A DNA stretch of 64,000 nucleotides from Lachnospiraceae bacterium UBA7076 (GTDB lineage Bacteria > Bacillota > Clostridia > Lachnospirales > Lachnospiraceae), in contig DKZK01000010.1 of the NCBI GenBank assembly GCA_002493625.1, forward strand, positions 74,810-138,809. Direction: 5' to 3'. Made by a program: the position numbers and the translations under genes. The notes under the pieces were generated by a model that was not told the DNA's origin, made no database searches, and saw nothing but the letters and a program-made list of their open reading frames with translations. Shown here piece by piece: positions 18,456 to 28,758 of the stretch. The number at the start of each line of letters is the position of its first letter. The stretch's first letter is position 1.

Positions 18456-19307
18456 CTACATCATAAAATCTCTGAGTTTTTCAAATTGTTCTTCCATATA
18501 TTTATAACCTGTTTCATAACATTCATTGAGCTTTGAGCTGTCATTTTCAAAATGCCCTACAGTACTATCCTGCGGTCTTAAAATTAATGCCTTTCCCTCT
18601 CTTTCAAGCTCAAGCAGCGCCTCCATCTGTTTATCATATGACACCCTTCTTGAAATCATTGTACTGCATAAATTTGGATATTTTCTCTGATATTTCAGTC
18701 CTATTACTCTTTTTAATTTGGAATAATCTGTTGCATGGCTTCCCTCAGGCTTTGTCAAAATAACCACAAGCTTATCACAGCCCTGCTCCATAGCATGCTC
18801 TACCGGAATGCCATCCGCAAGGCTGCCGTCTAAATACGGCACATTATCTATAAGAACCGGCTGACATGCAAACGGAACTGCACAGGATGCCTTGCAGTTA
18901 AGCAGAAGCCTGTCCCTGTCGCCGTCACTGGATAAATACTCAGCCTTCCCTGTAACGCAATTTGTAACAACGCACTCACAAAACGTATCGGAAGAAAAAT
19001 ATGTATCAAAATCCAAAGGAAAAACATTGAGTGCATAATGGTCAACAAGCATATCAAGATTAAGCAGCTTTCTGCTTTCCTTAAGCTGCCCCATTCCATA
19101 ATACGGTTTTGTATCTTCATGGGTTATGACCTTTTTGGAACGGCCGGTCTGACGGGCTACAAAGTTCACTGCATTCCCCGAACCGGCAGACACACCGACT
19201 ACATACTGAAAATGTATATTTTTTTCAAGAAGGAAGTCAAGAACACCTGCGGTAAAAATTCCTCTTAACGCACCGCCTTCCAACACAAGTCCAAACTTAC
19301 TCATCAA
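18456..19307 (-). CDS. patatin-like phospholipase
   Basis: Oxyanion motif GGALRG, nucleophile elbow GVSAG, and a DG(S/A) catalytic Asp region (YLDGSLAD). Confidence 0.85.
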   Translation of the reverse strand: MMSKFGLVLEGGALRGIFTAGVLDFLLEKNIHFQYVVGVSAGSGNAVNFVARQTGRSKKVITHEDTKPYYGMGQLKESRKLLNLDMLVDHYALNVFPLDFDTYFSSDTFCECVVTNCVTGKAEYLSSDGDRDRLLLNCKASCAVPFACQPVLIDNVPYLDGSLADGIPVEHAMEQGCDKLVVILTKPEGSHATDYSKLKRVIGLKYQRKYPNLCSTMISRRVSYDKQMEALLELEREGKALILRPQDSTVGHFENDSSKLNECYETGYKYMEEQFEKLRDFMM

Positions 19308-19354
19308 CCCTCATCCTTTTCCTTTTTGTAAATATTTAAACATAATTATCATCA

Positions 19355-19383
19355 TTGACAATTATTATATGTGGATATAATAT
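19355..19383 (+). promoter_or_regulatory. sigma-A-type promoter upstream of aroC
   Basis: TTGACA at 19355..19360, then TAATAT after a 17-nt spacer (or TATAAT after 15 nt). Confidence 0.45.
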
Positions 19384-19527
19384 ATTAATAATGCATTTTC
19401 TGTGATTAAAATGTCGTAAATCGACGAAACATACAAATAATTATATATATGGTTTTCATTGAAGTCAACGGATAATTTTGTATTATTTTTTCCAAAATAT
19501 TATTTATTTTATAAAGGGGATTTTATT

Positions 19528-20625
19528 ATGGCTGGTTCTACATATGGTAACATTTTTAAAATTAGTACATGGGGTGAATCTCACGGTCGGGCTCTCGGCG
19601 TAGTTGTTGATGGATGCCCGTCAAATGTACCTCTTTCCGAGGAGGATATTCAGATATTTTTAAACAGACGGAAACCGGGACAGAGTGATTTTTCAACAAA
19701 GCGCAGCGAATCGGACACGGTTCAGATTTTATCAGGCGTTTTTGATGGAAAAACAACGGGTACTCCTATTTCCCTTATTGTTTACAATGAGGACCAGAAA
19801 ACTAAGGATTACGGAAATATTGCATACTGCTACAGACCCGGACATGCAGATTTTGGATTTGATGAAAAATTCGGCTTTAGGGATTACAGAGGCGGGGGAC
19901 GCTCCTCAGGCAGAGAAACTGTTGGAAGGGTTGCCGCAGGCGCCATTGCAGCAAAGGTTTTAAATACACTTGGCATTCATTTTTTGTCTTATACCCGCTC
20001 AATCGGCGATATTGTAATTGATTATTCCAAATTTGAAAAAAAAGAAATATGTAACAACCCGCACTATATGCCTGATTCTGCTGCCGCTGAGGCTGCAACG
20101 GCACTTCTGAAGGAAATCATGGCTGACAGGGATTCCATCGGCTCATCCGTAGAATGTATAATAAGCGGTGTTCCCTCAGGCGTAGGTGAGCCTGTATTTG
20201 ATAAGCTGGATGCAAGTCTTGGAAAAGCCATAATGTCCATCGGCGCAGTAAAAGCAGTCGAAATAGGTGATGGCATCCTTGTTCAGCGCGCTAGAGGTTC
20301 GGAAAATAACGATGCCTTCCGAATTGAAAACGGAAAACCGGCTAAGGCTACAAATCATTCGGGCGGTACCTTAGGCGGTATAAGCGACGGCAGTGATATT
20401 CTTGTAAGAGCTTCCTTTAAGCCTACCCCGTCCATATTTAAAAAGCAGCAGACAATAACCTCATCACATGAGGAAACGGAAATTGAGATAAAAGGACGCC
20501 ATGACCCGATAATCGGTCCGCGTGCCGTTGTTGTAGTGGAAGCAATGTGTGCAGTGACATTACTTGACCTTATGATGATAAATGCGACCTCGAAGCTTGA
20601 GAACCTTATGAAAATTTATAATTAA
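19528..20625 (+). CDS. aroC: chorismate synthase
   Basis: [30 protein letters not shown] and RHDP motifs. The ATG at 19528 lies 7 nt after AAAGGGGA. Confidence 0.95.
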   Translation: MAGSTYGNIFKISTWGESHGRALGVVVDGCPSNVPLSEEDIQIFLNRRKPGQSDFSTKRSESDTVQILSGVFDGKTTGTPISLIVYNEDQKTKDYGNIAYCYRPGHADFGFDEKFGFRDYRGGGRSSGRETVGRVAAGAIAAKVLNTLGIHFLSYTRSIGDIVIDYSKFEKKEICNNPHYMPDSAAAEAATALLKEIMADRDSIGSSVECIISGVPSGVGEPVFDKLDASLGKAIMSIGAVKAVEIGDGILVQRARGSENNDAFRIENGKPAKATNHSGGTLGGISDGSDILVRASFKPTPSIFKKQQTITSSHEETEIEIKGRHDPIIGPRAVVVVEAMCAVTLLDLMMINATSKLENLMKIYN

Positions 20626-20750
20626 AAATGAGGCTAAGGGGCAATTCTTAGTGCCGTTACGTCTGAAATGAGCGAAAGCGTGTTTTCTGAGCATATAACA
20701 ACAGGAGTCCACAACAGAAAGTCTCATTCTCCAGTGCGTCAGCCTCATTT
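20626..20750. repeat. composite palindromic repeat (outer IR AAATGAGGCT/AGCCTCATTT, inner CGTTACGT..GAGCGAAAGCG module)
   Basis: The outer 10-bp inverted repeat lies at 20626..20635 and 20741..20750. The inner ~46 bp (CTTAGTGCCGTTACGTCTGAAATGAGCGAAAGCGTGTTTTCTGA) is about 80 percent identical by eye to 38359..38404. Confidence 0.7.
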
Positions 20751-23700
20751 ATAATTTTAAATTTACATAGGTCGTCACAAGCTCCACAATTGCAGCACTG
20801 TCCCTTGCTGTCACAACCTCAGCCAGCGCATCTAAAAAGTCTTTATCCTCCCCCTCAAATTCCATGGTGGATATCATCTCCATTGTGGCATCAAGAAGCT
20901 CAAAGTCATTCTCGATTGCATACTGCTTTATGCTTTCTAATGTTTCTTCGTTTAATGTAGTGACAGTGCCGCCGTCAGCCTCATCCAAAGACTTATTTTC
21001 AGCAAGCCTCTGGTTATATTCCTCATCTGTCATGCCCGTTACCGTGTCTACAAATTCCAGATATTCCTGAATGCCCTGCAGAATATCCTTCAGATTTTTA
21101 ACAAAATCCCTTAGATTTCTCCTGACATATTCCTTATTGCCTATGTTAATGGCTGCCTCAAGCCTTGACGCTTCCTTTGCAATGCCTGACGCTCCGATAT
21201 TTGTGCTTGTTGTCTTTATTGTATGGATTTTTGCCTTCAACCCCCTTATATCCTTCTCAAACTTTTTTGAAAAATCATCAGGCGCACTCTCATTCTGATT
21301 GTAATATGCAACAACAAGTCTGTTAAATACGTCTATGCTTCCTCCAATACGCTCTATGGCATTTTCCACATCAAGATGAGCCGCAAGCTTTTCCAGTCCA
21401 TCCCTGTATCTTGATCCATGCATATATATTGCAATGTCATTTGTTTTTTCCTTAAGCTTGCTTTCAGGAAGGCAATCCTTAAAAATTGCCGCCACTCTCC
21501 TTATATCCATAGGCTTCACAAGAGTATCCGTAAAGCCCTGCTCCAACAGCTTGTCATTATTATCCCCTATAGCATCTGTATCCATGGCAACAATAGGCAT
21601 AATTTTATACTCTTTCCCATCAAGCTCCCTTATCTCCTTCATGGCATCTGTACCATTCATAATCGGCAGCGTTAAATCCATAAATACAACATCATAATCA
21701 TTATTTAAAACCATATCTATAGCTCCAATACCGGAGGTTGCAACATCCACCCTGAGATCAAACTGACCAAGAACCTTCTGTGCAACCTGCCTGCTTACTT
21801 CATCATCCTCGACAAGCAGTACATTTACCTCCGGAAGCCAAAGCTTCTCCGCCACCTCCTTGGACACCGTCTCCTCAACCTTTGAAGCAGAATTTACCGT
21901 ACTATTGTCTGCCACGGTTTGATTTACGGAAAGGGTAAAGGTCGAGCCTGCACCATAGGCGCTTTCCACTTCAAGATCAGCATTCATTATATCCGCAAGT
22001 CCCTTTGCAATAGCAAGTCCGACACCGTTTCCCGAATGAATATTGTTCTTTTTATTATCGACTATTTGAAACACCTCAAATATTGTTGCAAGCCGCTCCT
22101 CCTGAATGCCAATTCCCGTATCTGATACGGTAAAAACAAAATTCACTACATTTTTATTTGACTTGTCAGTATATTCATAGCAGTCTGCAGAAAGTGTTAT
22201 TGAGCCGTCCTTTGTATACTTTATAGAGTTTTCCAAAAGCCTTTTTAAAATATTTTTTATCTTTTCCTGATCTCCCACAACATTATCGGCAAGTATATCC
22301 CCAATTTCCACAAAAAACTTCACGGCTTTTTCGCCTATGCTTTGCATTACAAGCTCAGACAGATCATAAATCATTGTTGTCACAGAGTATTTTTCATTGA
22401 CTACATCTACCTTTCCGGCCTCTATCTTTGCAAGAAGAATAATATCGTCAACCTTATTTAATATTTCTCCGCCCGTCTCGTATATGCTTAATATACTTTT
22501 TTTATACTCGTCATCCGCCGTATGAAGCTGAAGCAGTTCATCCGCCTTAGCCATCATTACATTAATAGGCGTCTTTATCTCATTACTCATATTGGCAAGG
22601 TAATCATTTTTTATGCTGCTTGATTTTACCGCCTGCTCATGCTCCTTGGAAAGCTTTTCTATTTCCTCGCTATTTGAAATTAATATTTTTTTGACTCTGA
22701 TAACTGCATAAAAAATGAGACATATTCCTAAAAGCATCGTTATAAGTATAAAATACCTCGATGCGCTTTTCTCAAAAAAACTCTTTTGCTTTTCAATTTT
22801 AAATGCAACCTCCTCGTTGCACATTTTACCATCACCGTTATATGCCTTTATCCTGAACTGATACTCTCCTCCATCGAGATTTGTGTACACTGCTTCCATG
22901 GCATTACTTCCGCTTATTACAATCGGATTTTCGTCAAAGCCGTCAAGAAAGTATTCTACAGAGATATTATTTCTGTTCGTAAAGCTGAACACTGCAAAAT
23001 ACACAGTAATACGTGTCGTGTTGCTGTCAACCACAAGTCCGTCCGACAAATCATCATACTCATACCTCGTCCCGTCTACATCTATAGCTGTAACCCTTAT
23101 CTTCGGCGCAACATTATTGTACCATGTTTCTCTTGTATCCAATGTACAAATACCATTATTACAGCATATATAAAGCATTCCGTTTGCGTCTATTGTACTA
23201 TGACACAGAGTATTTATATCCTTGGTAAGACCATCGCTTTTATCAAACGGTCTTCCCGCTATACCCTGACTTCCCAAAAGCTCCTCCTCATTTGTGAGAA
23301 GCACGCCCTTGGAACCGATAACCCACACGGCATTTTCCCTCACAATGATGTCATATACACTGTTTGAAAAATCTATATTACTGACAGTTCTGAATGATTC
23401 ATTATAAAAGCAAAGTCCGTTATCCGTTGCAATCCATAATCCCTCTTTGCCTTTTTTAATCGTCGTGACAACATTAGAATTAAGACCGTCCTCCGTATTG
23501 TAGTTTACAATTCTTCCTGTGGCAAGAGTGATGCAGCTTATTCCGCCGCCGTCTGTTCCGCACCACAAAACGCCTCCGTCCTGATAAAAGCACCGGACGT
23601 TGTTTGCATCCATTCCCACAGAGGTATCATATGTATCAGATACCTTGCCATCTTTACCTATTATGGCGATGCCCTCCTCAGTGGCAACCGCAATTCTTCC

Positions 23701-25011
23701 GTCATTCAGCTCATAGGTGCAATTTACTGCCATGCTCGGAAGCCCTGCGCCTCTTGTCAAGGTACTTATGGTATTATTACTCTGTACCGTAACCACTCCG
23801 TATTTTCTGTGAGTGCTTATCCAAATCTTCCCTGTGGAATCTCTCATTATATGACTTATGCTTACACCCTGAAGCATGTCAGTAAGCGCATTGCTTTCCT
23901 GCTCATTATCGGAATTATAGATAAAAAGTCCGTCGTCCGTTCCGATATATTTATTCCCACCATGTATATATATGCAGTTTGTCATAGTCTCCTGCATACC
24001 TGATTTTATGTTGTAGTCGGAAAATTTGCTTTTTGCAAGCATAAGAACGCCCATGCGTGTTGAGGAAATCCAATAATTCCCTTCATAATCCTGAATAATA
24101 TCCGACAAATAATTATCTATCTGACAATTATTTATCTTATAAAACTGCCCGTTTGTCCTGAAAAAACCAATGCCATTATCCGCACATACCCATACCCGTT
24201 CCTCACTGTCCTGCATAACCTTATTTATACCATCTATGCCGGTGCTTACAACTTCAAAGCTTGACCTGTTTCTAAATACAAGTACATCGCTTCCTGAGGT
24301 TCCCACATATATATAATTGCCGACAACACTTATACACGTAAATTCATCAAAGGAAAGCTCACCTATATCTACTGCAGAACACTTTCCCATCTCATCAATT
24401 ACAAAAATGCCGTCATTGTTTATTGCCCATATTTCGCTGCCAAACGTAACCATGTCTGTATACTTTCCTGAACCGGACTCATTTGCAACCGGAAAGAGCG
24501 ACATTTCCCCGTCCGGTGTTCCAACACACATATACAGTCCCCTGGAGGTTGCAACATATAAATTCCCCTTTTCATTTTCACACACCCTGTATATGGTTTT
24601 TATTCCGTCATAATATTCTGTCTGAAAATGATGCGTCTCTCCTTTTTCTATATAAAAAAGTCCATAGTTATCCGTTCCGACCCACACTCTGCCTTTTGTA
24701 TCCTGTGTAATACAATTGACGGAGTACACATCCGTTCTGTCCATATCCCATAAATTAACCGATGAAAACTCATATCCGTTTGAACGGTACAGACCGCCGT
24801 CCGTTCCAACCCATATGTACCCTGAGCTTGACTGATAGAGACAATTAACCTCATTACTGGCGATTCCGCTTTTGGAATCATATATAGTCTGAATATAATC
24901 TGCTATAAAGGAATCCTTTGCCACTGTTATATCTTCTTGCAGCAAAAACAGGCACACCGTAAGGAGTACCTGAACTGCCACTATTTTTTTTATTGTTTTG
25001 TGAATATTCAT
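20749..25011 (-). CDS. hybrid sensor histidine kinase with periplasmic beta-propeller/Y_Y_Y sensor, HisKA-HATPase-REC-Hpt
   Basis: Domains in order: signal peptide, about 600 aa of two-component-regulator-propeller-like repeats, a Y_Y_Y-like domain (GGEYQFRIKAYN), one TM helix, H-box-like ANMSNEIKTPIN, N box LLENSIKYT, G boxes DTGIGI and GNGVGLAIAK, REC (LLVEDDE, VFMDLTLP, LVKP) and Hpt (IHTIKTTSTNIGA). Confidence 0.85.
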   Translation of the reverse strand: MNIHKTIKKIVAVQVLLTVCLFLLQEDITVAKDSFIADYIQTIYDSKSGIASNEVNCLYQSSSGYIWVGTDGGLYRSNGYEFSSVNLWDMDRTDVYSVNCITQDTKGRVWVGTDNYGLFYIEKGETHHFQTEYYDGIKTIYRVCENEKGNLYVATSRGLYMCVGTPDGEMSLFPVANESGSGKYTDMVTFGSEIWAINNDGIFVIDEMGKCSAVDIGELSFDEFTCISVVGNYIYVGTSGSDVLVFRNRSSFEVVSTGIDGINKVMQDSEERVWVCADNGIGFFRTNGQFYKINNCQIDNYLSDIIQDYEGNYWISSTRMGVLMLAKSKFSDYNIKSGMQETMTNCIYIHGGNKYIGTDDGLFIYNSDNEQESNALTDMLQGVSISHIMRDSTGKIWISTHRKYGVVTVQSNNTISTLTRGAGLPSMAVNCTYELNDGRIAVATEEGIAIIGKDGKVSDTYDTSVGMDANNVRCFYQDGGVLWCGTDGGGISCITLATGRIVNYNTEDGLNSNVVTTIKKGKEGLWIATDNGLCFYNESFRTVSNIDFSNSVYDIIVRENAVWVIGSKGVLLTNEEELLGSQGIAGRPFDKSDGLTKDINTLCHSTIDANGMLYICCNNGICTLDTRETWYNNVAPKIRVTAIDVDGTRYEYDDLSDGLVVDSNTTRITVYFAVFSFTNRNNISVEYFLDGFDENPIVISGSNAMEAVYTNLDGGEYQFRIKAYNGDGKMCNEEVAFKIEKQKSFFEKSASRYFILITMLLGICLIFYAVIRVKKILISNSEEIEKLSKEHEQAVKSSSIKNDYLANMSNEIKTPINVMMAKADELLQLHTADDEYKKSILSIYETGGEILNKVDDIILLAKIEAGKVDVVNEKYSVTTMIYDLSELVMQSIGEKAVKFFVEIGDILADNVVGDQEKIKNILKRLLENSIKYTKDGSITLSADCYEYTDKSNKNVVNFVFTVSDTGIGIQEERLATIFEVFQIVDNKKNNIHSGNGVGLAIAKGLADIMNADLEVESAYGAGSTFTLSVNQTVADNSTVNSASKVEETVSKEVAEKLWLPEVNVLLVEDDEVSRQVAQKVLGQFDLRVDVATSGIGAIDMVLNNDYDVVFMDLTLPIMNGTDAMKEIRELDGKEYKIMPIVAMDTDAIGDNNDKLLEQGFTDTLVKPMDIRRVAAIFKDCLPESKLKEKTNDIAIYMHGSRYRDGLEKLAAHLDVENAIERIGGSIDVFNRLVVAYYNQNESAPDDFSKKFEKDIRGLKAKIHTIKTTSTNIGASGIAKEASRLEAAINIGNKEYVRRNLRDFVKNLKDILQGIQEYLEFVDTVTGMTDEEYNQRLAENKSLDEADGGTVTTLNEETLESIKQYAIENDFELLDATMEMISTMEFEGEDKDFLDALAEVVTARDSAAIVELVTTYVNLKL

Positions 25012-25030
25012 AGGTGATTTCCTCGTCAGA

Positions 25031-26410
25031 TTATGCTTCCCTTAAAAACACCTTATAGCCCTTCAATGTTTCAAATATGTCCGCCTTTGATGTTATCTCC
25101 CAAGGTGCATGCATATTTAAAACGGCAACTCCGCAATCAATAACCTCCATGCCATATAATGACAGAATGTACGCTATTGTTCCGCCTCCGCCTAAATCCA
25201 CCTTGCCAAGCTCAGAGGTCTGATAGCATATATCATTTTTATCCATCATTTTTCTTATTCTTGCAATATATTCGGCATTTGCATCATTGGAGCCTGATTT
25301 TCCCCTTGCTCCGGTAAATTTATTAAATACCATTCCGCGTCCGAAATAGGATGCGTTATTCTTATCAAATGCATCTGCAAAAAGAGGGTCATAGGCTGCA
25401 TTTACATCTGAGGAAAGCATGGAGGAGGATGCAAGACACCTTCTCACTGCTATTTCACTGTATTCGCCCATTGCATTCATAAGCTCAACAACCGTATTTT
25501 CAAAAAATTTCGATTGCATACCGGTAGCTCCCACGCTTCCTATCTCCTCCTTATCCGTGAGAAGACAGCAGGTTGTCTTTTCAACAGTATCAACCTCAAG
25601 CATCGCCATCAGTGATGTATATGCGCATACCCTGTCATCCTGCCCATATGCCATAATCATGCTGCGGTCAATACCTGATTCCCTGGCTTTTCCTGCCGGT
25701 ACAACCTCAAGCTCTGCCGATATAAAATCCTCCTCCTCAATATCATACTTTTCCTTCAAAAGAGCAAGAACATTCTCCTTTACCGCATCCTTATCCTTGT
25801 CCTTTAACGGTCTGCTGCCAAATAAAATATCGAGCTTTTCCCCCTCAATAACCTTGTTTGCTTTTTTCTCCATCTGCTCTGCGGCAAGATGAATCAGCAA
25901 ATCCGTCACGCAAAATACAGGGTCATTTTTATCCTCGCCTATGGAAATATCAATAACGCTTCCATCCTTTCTTGCAACAACCCCATGTATGGCAAGCGGA
26001 AGCGTAACCCATTGATATTTTTTTATTCCTCCATAATAATGAGTATCAAGATATGCAAAATCACCATTTTCATACAGAGGATTTTGTTTTATGTCCATAC
26101 GGGGAGAATCAATATGCGCTCCAAGTATATTCATCCCCTTCTCCAATTTTTTTGAGCCTATATTGAACATTGCCACCGTCTTATTCATGCATACGGCGTA
26201 TACCTTGTCCCCCTGCTTCAGCTTCTTACCTTCCTCAATGATTTTACTTAAGTCTGCGTATCCATGTTTCTCAGCCATCTTTACTATCTGCTTTACACAT
26301 TCCCGCTCGGTCTTTCCTGCATCCAGAAATTCACGATACTCCTTACAAACCTTTTCAAGCTCATTTATTGATTTTTTTGTATATGTTGTCCAAGCATTTT
26401 TTCTTTCCAT
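25031..26410 (-). CDS. M18 family aminopeptidase
   Basis: ILGAHIDSPRMDIK and GGGGT-type motifs typical of M18/aminopeptidase 1. The ATG at 26410 lies 6 nt after AAGGAG. Confidence 0.8.
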   Translation of the reverse strand: MERKNAWTTYTKKSINELEKVCKEYREFLDAGKTERECVKQIVKMAEKHGYADLSKIIEEGKKLKQGDKVYAVCMNKTVAMFNIGSKKLEKGMNILGAHIDSPRMDIKQNPLYENGDFAYLDTHYYGGIKKYQWVTLPLAIHGVVARKDGSVIDISIGEDKNDPVFCVTDLLIHLAAEQMEKKANKVIEGEKLDILFGSRPLKDKDKDAVKENVLALLKEKYDIEEEDFISAELEVVPAGKARESGIDRSMIMAYGQDDRVCAYTSLMAMLEVDTVEKTTCCLLTDKEEIGSVGATGMQSKFFENTVVELMNAMGEYSEIAVRRCLASSSMLSSDVNAAYDPLFADAFDKNNASYFGRGMVFNKFTGARGKSGSNDANAEYIARIRKMMDKNDICYQTSELGKVDLGGGGTIAYILSLYGMEVIDCGVAVLNMHAPWEITSKADIFETLKGYKVFLREA

Positions 26411-26500
26411 ACTATTCTCCTTATCATCATAGAACTCTTGGTGGCTTTGCCACATATTATAACCATTTTATTTGTTTATCAATCCCGAAACGAAGCGGTT

Positions 26501-27712
26501 TCAGGCAAGCGCCGATACAACTTTATTCAGAATATCAAATGCTTTGTCACATTCAGCTTCCGTCACATTCAGCGGCGGAACAAGCCTTATTACGGATGGT
26601 CTTACAGCAGTAATTAAAAGTCCTTTATCCGCGCAGTTATATTTTACGTCATTTGAAATATCACTGTAAAATTCCACTCCTATCATAAGACCTTTTCCTC
26701 TTACCTCCTTAACGCAAGGAAGACCTTTTAGCTTTTCCATAAAATATGCCCCGACCTTTTTTGCATTTTCAGGAAGCCTGCCTTCTATTATCTCATTTAT
26801 CTGTGCGTAGGATGCCGCACAGCACACAGGATTTCCTGCATATGTGCTGCCGTGAGCTCCGGGACCAAATGTGAGGGCAAGTCTTGCGCTTGTGCACATA
26901 GCGCCTATCGGCATGCCTCCTCCCATTGCCTTCGCCATACTGACCGCATCAGGCTTGACACCGTAATCCATAAATGCCATAAGCGCTCCGGTACGTCCCC
27001 AGCCTGTCTGAACCTCATCAAACAAAAGCAGCATATCCTTCTCGTCGCAAAGCCTGCGAAGTCCCTGAAGAAATTCCTTTGTGGCAGGTATGACGCCCCC
27101 TTCTCCCTGTACAGGCTCAACCATAACTGCTATTGTATTTTCCGTACATGCAGCCTCAAAGGATGCCAGATCATTGTAATTTGCATAGGAAAACCCCGGG
27201 ATAAGCGGGTCATAATTTTTTTGAATGGCAGAATCAGGCTGTCCCGTTGCGGCAAGCGTTGCTAAGGTTCTTCCGTGAAAGCTGTTGTATGCAGTAACTA
27301 TATTATATCTGTCAGGACCATAGTTATCTTTTCCGTATTTTCTTGCAAGCTTTATCATAACCTCATTTGCCTCAGCCCCGGAATTCTGAAAATAAATTTT
27401 TTCCATGCCTATACTGTCACATATAAGCTTCGCAAGCCTTGCCTGCGGTATTGTGTAAAAATAATTAGAGGCGTGCATCATTGCTTCTGCCTGCTCCTTT
27501 ATGGCCTTCACAACATTTTTATTGCAGTGTCCGGCACTGTTTACGGCTATTCCTGCCATAAAATCAAGGTACTCTCTGCCGGTTTCATCGTATATATAAG
27601 AGCCCTCGCCTCTGTCGGCAACAAAATCAAAACGCTTAAAGGTCTCATAGAAATATGTATCGTAAAGCTCCTTTAATTGCTCCTTCGTCATGTTAAAATC
27701 ACTCAAATGCAT
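26501..27712 (-). CDS. argD: class-III PLP aminotransferase (acetylornithine aminotransferase-like)
   Basis: LLFDEVQTGWGRTG and SMAKAMGGG (PLP lysine) motifs. The ATG at 27712 lies 6 nt after GAGGTG. Substrate assignment is tentative. Confidence 0.8.
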   Translation of the reverse strand: MHLSDFNMTKEQLKELYDTYFYETFKRFDFVADRGEGSYIYDETGREYLDFMAGIAVNSAGHCNKNVVKAIKEQAEAMMHASNYFYTIPQARLAKLICDSIGMEKIYFQNSGAEANEVMIKLARKYGKDNYGPDRYNIVTAYNSFHGRTLATLAATGQPDSAIQKNYDPLIPGFSYANYNDLASFEAACTENTIAVMVEPVQGEGGVIPATKEFLQGLRRLCDEKDMLLLFDEVQTGWGRTGALMAFMDYGVKPDAVSMAKAMGGGMPIGAMCTSARLALTFGPGAHGSTYAGNPVCCAASYAQINEIIEGRLPENAKKVGAYFMEKLKGLPCVKEVRGKGLMIGVEFYSDISNDVKYNCADKGLLITAVRPSVIRLVPPLNVTEAECDKAFDILNKVVSALA

Positions 27713-27750
27713 AGCACACACCTCAATTCTTATAGTAGTTTACCAAAATC

Positions 27751-27811
27751 TATATGGGGCTGTCGCATTAAAAGTATTTAAGGTATAACCTTAGTGCGAC
27801 AGCCCCATATA
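27751..27811. repeat. CTGTCGCA-core palindromic intergenic repeat
   Basis: TATATGGGGCTGTCGCATTAA (27751..27771) pairs with TTAGTGCGACAGCCCCATATA (27791..27811). Confidence 0.8.
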
Positions 27812-27833
27812 AGACAAATATCAAAGTATTTTT

Positions 27834-28745
27834 TTATCCATATATCTGACTTGCAACCAGATTATCAAGTATGCTTACAAGCTGTCCTATCTCAGGCTTA
27901 CTTATCTGTGAATCGGCGCCCAACGCTTCTCCCTTTCGTTTCATGTCATCATTTATAAGTGACGAGAATACTATGATTGGAATATGCTTTAAACCCTCCG
28001 TATCCCGGATAAGCTTTATAAGCCTGTGTCCGTCCATCTGCGGCATTTCAATATCGGTTATAATACATTTTGCCCCATAATCAACGCCGTTATTTTTCTT
28101 AAGCTCACACAGATAATCCCAAGCTTCCTGACCGTTGTTCTTAACCGTAAGCTTATTGTAGCCCGCCTTATAAAGGGAATCCTTTATCAGTGTGCAAAGC
28201 AGACTTGAGTCCTCAACAATAAGCACAGGAATATCATTTCTTTCTCTTGACTCAAGCTTTACAATCTCCGAAACCTTAAGGCTGGTCTCAGGACAAATCT
28301 CCTCAACAATGCGCTCAAAGTCAAGTATTATAAGAAGGTTATCCGCATTTTTTATAATACCTGTCGCAACTCCGGAGCCGGGACCGCTCACTGTTGAATC
28401 CGGCTTTACCACATCCGTCCACGAAACCCTGTTTATGCCAATCACTGCCTGAACATCAAATGCAATATTAAGATTATTGAAATTTGTTACAATAAGAAAA
28501 TTGTTTCTGTTATCATTATTTTGAAAGCCTAATGTTTTGATAAGGTCAATTACAGTAATGATATCTCCACGGGGCATAAATATGCCCTCAATACACGGAT
28601 GAGAATTTGGAACGGGAGTAATATTTTGGAACTGCAATATTTCTCTGACTTTCTCAACATTTATGCCATAGTGGTTTCCTTCAATGACAAATTCCAATAC
28701 CTCCAGCTCATTTGTTCCGCTCTCAAGTAAAATATTACTATCCAT
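27834..28745 (-). CDS. cheV: chemotaxis protein CheV (CheW domain + receiver)
   Basis: N-terminal CheW-like domain and C-terminal REC (VLIVEDS, IITDIEMPQMDG, SKP). Confidence 0.85.
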   Translation of the reverse strand: MDSNILLESGTNELEVLEFVIEGNHYGINVEKVREILQFQNITPVPNSHPCIEGIFMPRGDIITVIDLIKTLGFQNNDNRNNFLIVTNFNNLNIAFDVQAVIGINRVSWTDVVKPDSTVSGPGSGVATGIIKNADNLLIILDFERIVEEICPETSLKVSEIVKLESRERNDIPVLIVEDSSLLCTLIKDSLYKAGYNKLTVKNNGQEAWDYLCELKKNNGVDYGAKCIITDIEMPQMDGHRLIKLIRDTEGLKHIPIIVFSSLINDDMKRKGEALGADSQISKPEIGQLVSILDNLVASQIYG

Positions 28746-28758
28746 ATCAAACCTCCTA

